DNA of 64,000 nucleotides from Macrostomum lignano (Eukaryota): NCBI GenBank assembly GCA_002269645.1, contig NIVC01000199.1, positions 248,001 to 312,000 of the forward strand, read 5' to 3'. Shown piece by piece: positions 37,543 to 48,050 of this stretch (position 1 is its first letter; each line of letters starts with the position of its first letter). The notes under the pieces were generated by a model. It saw only the letters and a program-made list of their open reading frames with translations, ran no database searches and was not told where the DNA came from. The position numbers and the translations under genes were made by a program.

Positions 37543-38818
37543 TTAGGGTGAGCCAAAAGTTTCCGGAATTTGAACATTTTAAAACTATAACAAATAGTGT
37601 CAAGAACAAACAGTTTACAGCGATGTGATGTCGTTGCCATTCAAGGCCCTGACCCTCTCCCATCTTGCTGGCAATGCCTCAATCCCCTCCCTCCAGAAGC
37701 TCGCAGGCTTTGAATCAATCCATTTCTGCACTGCCTGCTCCACATGTTGCTTGTTGGCGAACCGCTGTCCATCACAAAAGCTCTGGAGAGACCTGAACAC
37801 ATGGTAGTCGCATGGCGAGAGGTCTGGCGAGTATGGTGGGTGGGGCAAAACACTGAAGCCCAGGCTTGCCAGCTTGGCCTGGGTGAGTCTTGCTTTGTGA
37901 GGCCGCGCATTGTCGAAGAGGAGCACCTTGTCGCGGTGTCCCGGGCACACGGATCGCAGCAAATGGGCAACCTGCTCCAGTTCGCTGCAGATCACCTCCG
38001 CGTTCACAGCCATGCCATGCGGGATGACCTCCCACAAAACAGGGCCAGACGAGCAGAACCAGAAAGAGAGCAGCTCCTTGCCGCAGTGGGGGTTCCGCAT
38101 TGGGCAGCTGGGTGGTTCTTCAGAAGCATCGACCCAGACGGCTGATGTGCTTGGGTTCTCATAGCAGACCCACTTCTCGTCTTGAGCGATTATCGACTTG
38201 AGAAAGTTTGGCGAACCGGCCTGGCGAAGATTCGAAGTTGCCACATCCACCCTGGCTCTCAGCTGCTGAGGTGTCAGCTCATGGGGCACCAGAGTTGGCT
38301 TCTTCGGCACCTTGTCCGCAGCATGCAGGCTCCGCCGGACCGTGCCATAGGACACCCCAGTAGCAGCTGACAGCTTGCGCACGCTGTAGTCCGGATTGTC
38401 CTCAAGGGCTTGGAGAATGGCATCGCCATCAGCAGCAGGGGGTCGGCCTGACCTCGGCTTGTCCTTCAGCTCATAGTTCTCTTCAGCAAAGCGAGAGAAC
38501 CAGTCGTACACCGACGACTTGGAGGGTGCATGTGGGCCCATCAGCTGCAACAACTCGCGATGTGCCTCTGCTGCGTTGCGTCCCGCATGAAAGTGGTTGA
38601 GCAGAATTGCTCGCCATTCAGTTCTTGGCAGTTCCATTGGATGCGTTTGCTGGCTTAAGTAGGCAGGGTCTGGGAAACTGAGCGATGCTAAGCTAAAGAG
38701 TGATGATAAGGCTGGCCAACAGCATAGTAGATGGTTGCTGCTTTTAAGCTTTTCCATAGACAAAAATTAACTAAAAGTTCGATTCTAAACAATTCCGGAA
38801 ACTTTTGGCTCACCCTAA
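37543..38818 (-). mobile_element. Full-length mariner (Tc1/mariner DD34D) transposon, 1276 bp
   Basis: Identical 28-bp TIRs TTAGGGTGAGCCAAAAGTTTCCGGAATT (37543-37570 and 38791-38818) with TA target duplications at both ends. Confidence 0.97.
37615..38637 (-). CDS. Mariner transposase, 340 aa, intact
   Basis: HTH N-terminus, LVPHEL, QDEKW, FDNARPH and HPPYSPDLSPCDYHVF; 34 residues between the second and third Asp. Confidence 0.95.
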   Translation of the reverse strand: MELPRTEWRAILLNHFHAGRNAAEAHRELLQLMGPHAPSKSSVYDWFSRFAEENYELKDKPRSGRPPAADGDAILQALEDNPDYSVRKLSAATGVSYGTVRRSLHAADKVPKKPTLVPHELTPQQLRARVDVATSNLRQAGSPNFLKSIIAQDEKWVCYENPSTSAVWVDASEEPPSCPMRNPHCGKELLSFWFCSSGPVLWEVIPHGMAVNAEVICSELEQVAHLLRSVCPGHRDKVLLFDNARPHKARLTQAKLASLGFSVLPHPPYSPDLSPCDYHVFRSLQSFCDGQRFANKQHVEQAVQKWIDSKPASFWREGIEALPARWERVRALNGNDITSL

Positions 38819-39540
38819 TAGAAAAATATGGATAGAAATCAAAGCAAACAACATGGTTGAAACATTTTAGTAGAGCTACTTTCAATTAGATTTAAGCTAG
38901 CTATTGTTTGTACATGTACTTAATGCAGAGCTTTATGCAATCTGCTTCGCCAATCGGAAATGCGGGATAAAAAGCTGAATCGCTATATGTCCAATCCCAC
39001 CTACTGTTTCCTGTAGGTAAATTGCAGTGGCTCAGACCTATTTTTGAGTATTCTAATTCTTAAGTAGGTTAATTTATATACTATACTGAGTTAGACTTGG
39101 ACTATAGACAGTTTAGCTTTTCCCGTCCCGATGAGGCGCAACTAAAATGCAGTATGAATAACTAAATTGCGATTGCCACCACTATATATAAATATATGCG
39201 AGTAGGTTGCGCATTTACTAAAATAGAACTTTGGCACATGTATTATAGTCAATTCTATAAATAGAAAAGCTGCAGGCAGACACAATCCTATACGTAGGCT
39301 CGTATTAAGGTACAATAATGTTATCATCCGGCCGTCAGTCCGGCGCGGTGCCAGAAGAAGCGATACGGCAAAATACAGCGACAAGAGATGCAGCCAGGGA
39401 GCAAAGTCGGGGCTCACCTGATACCGATAACTGAGGAATAGACTGGGGTCTGACGTGAGAATTGCGATCGAAAGATGGACTCTAGACCGACCGCCTGAAT
39501 CAACCTTACAAAATAACTGATAATAAATAATCTATCTCGC

Positions 39541-39559
39541 CCCGTAGCAACGCACTAGT
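39541..39559 (+). mobile_element. Helitron-like 3' end (truncated hairpin)
   Basis: CCCGTAGCAACGCA followed by CTAG-T resembles the Helitron terminus CCCGTAGCAACGCACGGG...CTAG|T with the second arm missing. Confidence 0.4.
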
Positions 39560-39832
39560 TTAATATAGAAAAATTTTGCTGCGTCTGTTTTGGATCCTGC
39601 CGTTGCTAGCCAGCGGCAGGGAGTGACGTGTCTCAGCATCTATAAAATAGACACGAGCGGGCTCTCTCGCGAAAGCTTTCGCACACAGTCTGGCTCCTTT
39701 GTAGTCAGCCAAAACTCATAGACTCCTACTCGTCTTTTGTGCTAATGCTAAAGGCAAGAGTGCTATAATAAGCCAATAATTAGCTATCTCCGTTGTAAGC
39801 CCTCTGAGGCTCCAGAGAGAAGAAAATACGAT

Positions 39833-40090
39833 GTGTGTGCTCAGGTGTCTGTGAGTGCTCAGGTGTCTGTGTGTGCTCAGGTGTCTGTGAGTGCTCAGGT
39901 GTCTGTGAGTGCTCAGGTGTCTGTGAGTGCTCAGGTGTCTGTGAGTGCTCAGGTGTCTGTGAGTGCTCAGGTGTCTGTGAGTGCTCAGGTGTCTGTGAGT
40001 GCTCAGGTGTCTGTGAGTGCTCAGGTGTCTGTGAGTGCTCAGGTGTCTGTGAGTGCTCAGGTGTCTGTGAGTGCTCAGGTGTCTGTGTGT
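39833..40090. repeat. 18-bp minisatellite GTCTGTGAGTGCTCAGGT
   Basis: About 14 near-perfect copies. Confidence 0.95.
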
Positions 40091-40971
40091 CCAAACAGCG
40101 ATCATCAGAGCGAAGCAAGGACCACCATAAAGTAACGTTGAGATTCACAGTAAGATAGGCAGTCGCATTCTATAAGACATCATCGTGTCGCGTCCAAATG
40201 CGATTCAAAGGTCCTTGAGCAATAATAGCGGTAGTAAATTTACTTCACATATCGAAAACCGAAATTTTTCTGAAAAAGAATTCAGTAAATGTCATTTATA
40301 TAAATAGAGATAATTATGCAGTCCAAAAATAATAATGACCCTAGAAGTTTCTTAAAATAGACTATTTTAAGAATTGACGTAATTGCTTATCATATACGTA
40401 ACACGCACTTATTCTTGGCACTTACTTAACACCTGAAAACTCGGTAAAACTTTAGCACAAGAGATTTCTTCAGTAGCCCCACTCCTCAGATAATTTTTAT
40501 ATCCAGCAGACCCTGCTTCCCATAATTCTCCTCTAGTTTGACGCACAATGACTGGAAAGTTGTTTTTCCATTTCCAAAGCAACAGAGGCAAAAGAAGTAA
40601 TCTCTACATCTATGATTTTTTAGATTTAAAGTTTTCGACACACAAAACCATATCAGTTATTCACTGTTCGTTTGTTCGATATGTTCACAGCCGTAAAGCT
40701 CATAGACAATTTTCTTACTTCGCCACTGTCAGTAGGCATATACGGGTGAAATAAATGAAACATTTATCTACTAACTCACTCTCTTCTTTTATGTTATAAA
40801 AGCGACTGGGGACTAGGGGTGAGAGACTGCTGGGCCGTAAACCAAAACCCAACAGCCAGCCAAAACAATAGCGACCGACGGGTGGCTTAAGCCCTTACCG
40901 GCCCGATCCCGCTAGAAACCGGGAAAATCCCCAACTAAGCGTTGGGCTGAACAAAAAAACTGAACAAAAGG

Positions 40972-40998
40972 TCCATCGGCGCGGTGGTACACACTAGT
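40972..40998 (+). mobile_element. Helitron-like 3' end
   Basis: GC hairpin CCATCG-GCG-CGGTGG, then TACACA, then CTAG-T. Confidence 0.4.
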
Positions 40999-42009
40999 AC
41001 ACGCACAAATTTAGCAAAATCTTTAAGTTGCAACTGCCGACAACGCATCCTGAAGGCACATCGACGCATAAGCGTATATACTCTGAAGCGCAAAGTTAGA
41101 ACTATACAGTACTTTCTACTTCAAGAAACTAGATTTTCCTTTGGAAGAGATTAACTCAATACGAGCGTAAGATAAAGAGTGGCCGTGAGGGTAGAGCATT
41201 CAAGTTGCTTCGTTTGTGCCAGACAGACCATACTTTAAAAGCACTGGCCATCATTTTTCATTCGCGGCGCTCAATCTCTCACTTTTTCGTTCGTTAATTA
41301 CTCTTAGCAGGTTACTGAGCAGGCCGTTTGGCCGATATTTGATATGCAATGCTCAAATTCAGTTTAATTCATTGCATCTGTACTGAGCATTTTTTGATGA
41401 GAAACCTCTGTCCTGAGAACACGCGCAAAATGCTCGGTGTAAATGTCTACTACGGTACAAGATAGAGATGCATGAATGCCACACATTGCTAGTGGGGTTG
41501 ATGCCAGTATAACGCATCTCTTCTTCTTAGAATGGAGAAAGCCTTTTGACAAGCAAAACTGGTTTGGAGCCGGTAGTAGGTTATAGCATTTGTCTAATAA
41601 AAACACACACAAAAGACTGCTATAGCAGCTATCCCGTCGAAGTCCAATGCAGCTACGGCACTTACCGATGCGCAAATGGAGGGTTAAAAAGTGAGGACCG
41701 GAATTAATGGTCTCAGAAGATGTTTGAGCCTCCCTCCCCCCAACCCTCAAACCAAGTTTTTATTCGCTTGATATTTGCAGAAACTGCACCGAATGCAGAT
41801 AGGGGGTTTGAGAAACGTCGCCATGGCTGTAGTCGCTGTTAGCAGCCTCCACTCTCTGCTCACTGGCCTAGCCTTTTCTCGCCGTCTTATCTACATCTAC
41901 TCTCGTTCTGAACCTGTTTAAATAGCTTAGTTGCCTAGCGCACTGCCATTTTTCTTCTGCTTCTTCTGCAGCGCGCGTCTCTTCTGTCTCTAACTCGGCT
42001 TTCATCGCC

Positions 42010-42676
42010 ATGTCTAGCAGCCTTAAGCGCAGCTCATCGCTGGGCCGTCTGTCTGGCACGGAAGACCCGCTTGACGACTATCGCTACAAAATGGCTATAG
42101 AGAAGCTGCGCTGCGATCTAGTTGGCTTCCCTTACTGCTGCAACCGGCACTACAGCACCTACAGGCGCCCGCCGTATTACACCGACCTGGATTATCCGTA
42201 CTATCGGTTAGTTTTCATAGTTACTATTATCGTCCAGAAGAATAGAGCACCACACAAATCAAATCCAAAACATGTCATTTTCTAGGTGGTACGATCGAAC
42301 CTACTGGCCCGATTGGCCTTACTACGGCCGTCGGCCTTGGTGGTACTACGACGACGGCTATTACCGCGACTACATTCGCGGCTACGAGGAGGGCCTGAAG
42401 AAATACGACAGCAAGCTGCGCCGTTCCACCTCATCGGCTGATCTGGCCGCTCCGGACAAGTTCGAGTCGTCCTCTCGGGCTGCAGCTGCCGAGAACAGCG
42501 CCGCTGCCAGCAGTGCTCGGCCGCTGGCGAGTCGCACCCAGACGCCTCCTCCGCCGCCGCCGCCGCTACCGTCGTACTACTACGACCGGTACTACTACCC
42601 GCCGTATTGGAACAGCTACTACTACTATCGGCCTCCCTACTACTGGCGTCGTTACCTGGACAGCCGAGCCTACTGA
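42010..42676 (+). CDS. Orphan Tyr/Arg/Pro/Trp-rich low-complexity protein; exons 42010-42206 and 42286-42676 (195 aa)
   Basis: GC3-rich codons, a phase-compatible 79-nt GT-AG intron and a pyrimidine tract/AG upstream of the ATG; 36 Tyr counted. Confidence 0.8.
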
Positions 42677-43674
42677 CAGTAGCCAGTGTGAGACTACCGA
42701 ATGGACAAGAATTACATATGCAGTCGTTCTGCACAAGCTTTCGGCATGTCTAAACTTTAATTCCTGATTATTTTTTTAACCAGTAGTTTCTATGAATGGG
42801 GTTACCTTAATGTTTAAATTTAGCTATAAAGGTAAATTGTAATAATTGTTAATCTATTAGCAATCTATAACCCACCACAAGTGTACAATGATGTACATGT
42901 ATCCGTGCTGTTTGGTGCTTGTTTAGTTTTAATAAGGAACCTGCCGTGCTGTCCGAATTTGCACCCCCCTGATTGCTAGCCAGAGTCAATTGTTAACAAG
43001 TGCTGTCTGAATTGAATTTGCTGTTTGGCATCTCTTCATTCCACACTTTTCTGACAAATCTTATGCTTAGTTCAGCGTCAGTTTTGGATCACTGATCACT
43101 AATACCATCTTCACGCTGTAACTTTGATATTCTGAATCCATTGTGACATCGACGAAAGTGGCTCACCGTGAACTAACATATACTGTATTCTTATTGTAGT
43201 TAATACTGTCATATTTTAGTATTCAATGAAAAATATTTTTTAAAACATTCTCTCATGTAGAAATTTATTTTTTTGCAAGAAATATACTATAGCCTTAATA
43301 TTTTTTTAAACATAAAGTAGCTTTAAAATCGAAAAAAGTAAATATAGAATATAAATATAGATATATCACACTCTGCTGTATACTGTCAAATAGACTTTGT
43401 GGTTGCTTCATCATTGAAACTACGAATCTCTTGAAGAGTAATTTATATAACACACCAGTTTTAGTCTTCCTTGGAGAGGCAAAATGACTTCAAAGACAAA
43501 CGTACTTGTACATAACATGTAATGTGCAAAAGGCATATTTATCATGTACGGTTATTGGTTGTACATTAATTTACACTCCCGCGGACGGTCAGACCTGCAT
43601 GTTCTGCACGACGTCTGCCGACTGCCGAGAGCGGCTCCCCAATGTGCCCTGCTTTCTTTGACTGCCGAAGGCGC

Positions 43675-44205
43675 CTATGATCTGACTCCCTATGATCTGA
43701 CTCCCTATGATCTGACTCCCTATGATCTGACTCCCTATGATCTGACTCCCTATGATCTGACTCCCTATGATCTGACTCCCTATGATCTGACTCCCTATGA
43801 TCTGACTCCCTATGATCTGACTCCCTATGATCTGACTCCCTATGATCTGACTCCCTATGATCTGACTCCCTATGATCTGACTCCCTATGATCTGACTCCC
43901 TATGATCTGACTCCCTATGATCTGACTCCCTATGATCTGACTCCCTATGATCTGACTCCCTATGATCTGACTCCCTATGATCTGACTCCCTATGATCTGA
44001 CTCCCTATGATCTGACTCCCTATGATCTGACTCCCTATGATCTGACTCCCTATGATCTGACTCCCTATGATCTGACTCCCTATGATCTGACTCCCTATGA
44101 TCTGACTCCCTATGATCTGACTCCCTATGATCTGACTCTCGATGATCTGACTCTCTTTGATCTGACTCTCTATGATCTGACTCCCTATGATTTCTGACTC
44201 CCTAT
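43675..44205. repeat. Near-perfect 15-bp minisatellite TATGATCTGACTCCC
   Basis: About 35 copies; homogeneous core with degenerate last units. Confidence 0.97.
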
Positions 44206-44477
44206 CATGAGATTTTAGCTCCTTAAAGATAACTTAAGGATAACTCTAACCGATGCATTCACTATCAACCACGCATTCACTAATCATGATTAACTATCGC
44301 TAATGGATTCATCGCATTAATTGCATGCTGTTAATTAATATGCAAAAATATGAGACTCAATGCTGTTAGCCACTGCTTACAATGCCGCAGGTTTGCAGGC
44401 TGACCTATTTAGGTATATTTGCTTTTTAATTGCCTGTCATTACGACACCCACAGAATGTAATCCAAGGACAGCGAGT

Positions 44478-44777
44478 TCAAGGACAGTGGCAGCAGTAGC
44501 AGCGGCCGCCAAGCAGACTGTGGCTGTAGGACCAGCGCCGCGACCAGCACGCGCTCAGCCTCTTGCACATGAGGTCGCGCTTCTCCCAGTTGTTGTGCCA
44601 GCAGCCGGCGCCTCTTACGCCGTCGTATTTCGCGCAGGAGAACATCGTGTCCAGCTTGTTCAGGCCGTAGTTGATGATCTTCGTGATGTCCACCGAGATG
44701 CCCCAGTTCACCTTCTGCTCCGACGGCTGCACCATGAAGGCCGCCAGTCCCAGGAGAATCAGGAAGACGCACTTCAT
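44478..44777 (-). CDS. Secreted cationic 8-cysteine peptide, putative antimicrobial (myticin/defensin-like C-terminus), 99 aa
   Basis: Signal peptide MKCVFLILLGLAAFMVQPSEQ, mature net charge about +7, C-terminus GGRCYCCHCP, TATAAA 44 nt upstream of the ATG and GC3-rich codons. Confidence 0.75.
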   Translation of the reverse strand: MKCVFLILLGLAAFMVQPSEQKVNWGISVDITKIINYGLNKLDTMFSCAKYDGVRGAGCWHNNWEKRDLMCKRLSACWSRRWSYSHSLLGGRCYCCHCP

Positions 44778-45489
44778 TCTGAAGAGATTGGAAGATCAGG
44801 CATTCGCTTGCTTGGAATGCTTTATAATAATGGAGTGTAGCATCCATGAAATGTTGCGTAACTATAGTTTAAAGTGAAATCTAAAAATTGCCTTACGAAA
44901 AGCAGACAAACAGACGAACTCAGAGAGAGATCGAAAGGCAAAGAAAATACGATCTAATAGCTCTTTAATTAGAGACAGTTTTACCTTTTTGTTTCTTCGT
45001 TGCTGCTGTAGACTGCTTGAAAATAATGCTTTATGGCTTGTTTACTTTAGTTAAATGTTGGGCATGATACAGTTATTGTATTTATAGAAAATCTTTTGGC
45101 AGCAACCGGATGATAAATTCACACATCAAATCAGTTGCAGTCCGGTCACAGTGACAGGTTGATAAAGGCAGGGGTAGTTTCCTACTATTTGATATCGCAC
45201 CAAAGTGATTGAAATACCGTCGATAATTGTGCCTCGATCTTGTTGTACGAGTACTCAAATTGACACTTGGACACAAAATTACGCACGAGATATTGTACGA
45301 GCTATATTATCCAGTTGTTTGTCGTCTCAACCCTTTCGATCGCGAATCTAAACAAAAGAAAGCAACGCGTTGGTGCAGCGCTTTCTTCCAGTTTTCTATT
45401 TGTCTCTCTGTCGTACTTTGGCTTGCAATCAGCTAGCCCCTTTTAATTTAACTTGACTTTACCGTAGCCGATCTCACTATCGGAGGGAG

Positions 45490-45802
45490 ACAGAGCTGGA
45501 GGAAGGGATCGAGCTGGGGGAAGGGAGAGCTGGGGGAAGGGAGAGCTGGGGGAAGGGAGAGCTGGGGAAGGGAAAGCTGGGGGAAAGGAGAGCTAGGGGA
45601 AGGGAGAGCTGGGGAAGGAAGAGCTGGGGGAAGGGAGAGCTGGGGGAAGGGAGAGCTGGGGGAAGGGAGAGCTGGGGGAAGGAAGAGCTGGGGGAAGGAA
45701 GAGCTGGAGGAAGGAAGAGCTGGGGGAAGGGAGAGCTGGGGGAAGGAAGAGCTGGGGGAAGGGAGAGCTGGGGGAAGGGAGAGCTGGGGGAAGGGAGAGC
45801 TG
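45490..45802. repeat. G-rich 17-18-bp minisatellite GGGGAAGGGAGAGCTG
   Basis: About 17 copies with multiple G3-G5 runs. Confidence 0.93.
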
Positions 45803-45879
45803 GCTGTATTGACCGAAGCACTGACGTTGCCTGCACTATCTGATTTGGCGATCGAGATTCTGCTTAAAGGATACTAGCA

Positions 45880-46592
45880 CTGATGGCCATGAGCCGCTCC
45901 CGAGATTCCATCGGATTCATCTATCTTGGCGGGCCTCGGGCGTGATGGGCGCCCGGACGACATCGACCTCGCCAGACGCGAGAAAGTGGGTCGGAGGCTG
46001 CTGCCTTTCGATTTGTGCGGGCAGTGCTGCCATCACGGAGGCTCTGACTGTAGCGGTTATTTTTTTGGTATCACTACCTTCTGTCTACGACAGCAAAGGA
46101 TGGCACACGAAAACCAATTTCAATGCTCAGGCTACATTTTTCCGTAGCCACAAGCCTACTGCTGAGCTTAGGCCCGTAGTGTAAAGATCGGTGGGAGTCT
46201 CTCGGACCGATGTTGCGAGTTTATTTAACTTTACGGGAAGAGAAAGTTTTCAGCTCTCTCCTCAATTTTCATACTGTCCTCGCCTTCTAGGCGCACGTCA
46301 CGGGCTGCAGGGGGTGGCAGAGGCGCGGTTCGATCGCACGTGCCAAAGCTGCCACACGCGCAGCAGGCCCGCGCCGCACTTTACGCGCGACCTACACAAT
46401 CATTCGTGTGGGATGGCATATATACATGTATCAGCATTTAAACGCTGATACATATACTGACTGAATGCACTAGGCTGAAAATCTTCCAGACGATCGTGGA
46501 GACCGTCTTGCTGTACAAACACCAAGACCTGAACGCATTGCTGACCGAGCCTCTCAAGAAGGAGATTGAAGTGACACACGTTATGCCCATTT
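45880..46592 (+). mobile_element. Degraded LINE RT C-terminal fragment split by a ~400-bp insertion
   Basis: FIYLGG...DLARR...AAAFRFVRAVLPS-EAL at 45910-46050 continues as RLKIFQTIVETVLLY at 46470-46530. Confidence 0.65.
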
Positions 46593-48050
46593 AAAAATTC
46601 ACTAAAGGGGTAGTAAATTGGCAAAATTTAAAAAAAATTAATTATTTTTCATAAACATTTAATCTTTATGAAAAATCACTCAAATTAGTTCAAATAAATC
46701 GTACTCTTTGTTTTACTTATTTTTATAGGTTTCAACTGTTGTGTTTTCTATGAAATAATGCAAGCGGAACACGTGTGACGGTGCAATGGGTGCATGAACT
46801 CTCGAGCAGATCGAGCAGATAAGCTTATTATTATTCCATCACATGTACGTTGCTTTCCGTGGTATCCTAAAAAGCAGTGCAACCTCACGTAATAAGTTTT
46901 ATATTAAAAACATGATCGAGCATACTTCTTTGTAGTATTGTATAGAGACAGGCTTACAGGCTAGTATTCCTAATTCATATTTCCGAGTATTCTAATAACT
47001 TGAGTTGTCAGTTGAGAAGTCAAGTTGCTGTTGTTTCATTGAAAGCGTCAGCGTGCGAGTATTGTGTACAGATACATGCCTGCTCTTGTTACCTATACTT
47101 TCAGAAGTAGGGCTTACTCAGTCAGTCTAACTGTCTTAATGAATTTATTTTTCAGCAGGACAGGTTTTTTCCTATTTTTTTAGCCTAGCAGTAGTACATT
47201 TTGTATAGATTGCAGTCTCCTGCAATAATGTTTATATAAACTTAAAAGCCATTGTTGTATATGTATTAACTAAAATGATTTAGGGCCTATTGTACATCCA
47301 TTTCCATTAGTATTTCCTATTTAAAATTATAGCTTGCAATGGTCTTTGTTGAGTTTGCACCAAAGATAGAAGATGAAGATTGATATGAACCAATGTATAT
47401 TATTATATCAAGTCATCAATTTTATCAATTTATTATTATTAGTTATTATTGTATCATTTATCAGTTTATAATATATCTATTGTATGCATTGTATATACTC
47501 TTAATAAAATAATTTTTAGGTTCTCTTGCAAAAGCTTCTTCTAATGTATAGTTCAGTTGGCATATTGAAATTAAAGAATCATTTAATACCATGACATCTA
47601 GCTTTGCTATAAAAATATGTTACTAGGCCTACTGATTAACATTTGCCTGCCTAATAATTCATTAAATAAGACTTTATTCTATATTGATAGTTTAGATACT
47701 ATACTTCAATAGCTCATATTGAGTGTATACCACAAAACACAACAAAGAAATTTTTGTTTGCTTTCTAACTACATGCTATGCCTGACAATTGCATACCAAA
47801 ACAAAATTTCATTCAAGGCATGCTTTCAAGGCATTTAGTTTATTCATAGCAATTAATATGCTATTTTTGCAATTAGATTAAAGATAAATTTATACTAGTT
47901 AGGATCAAAATTTTTATCTTCAATATTATTTACTTTATATGATGCTGATGCAAAGTATTCAATTGTATTTTTAGTAACATATTTTACCATAAAATATTTC
48001 AATTTCAGATAATTTGTACTCTTATTCTTGCTTTTAAAATCATAAATAAA

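Noticed and set aside
41868-42059. Glu-rich minus-strand ORF overlapping the Tyr-rich gene start
   Set aside because: It is the antisense reading of the pyrimidine tract and 5' UTR of the plus-strand gene.
43544-44197. (YDLTP)n 217-aa ORF
   Set aside because: Perfect 15-bp repeat with no synonymous variation; no promoter or splice support.
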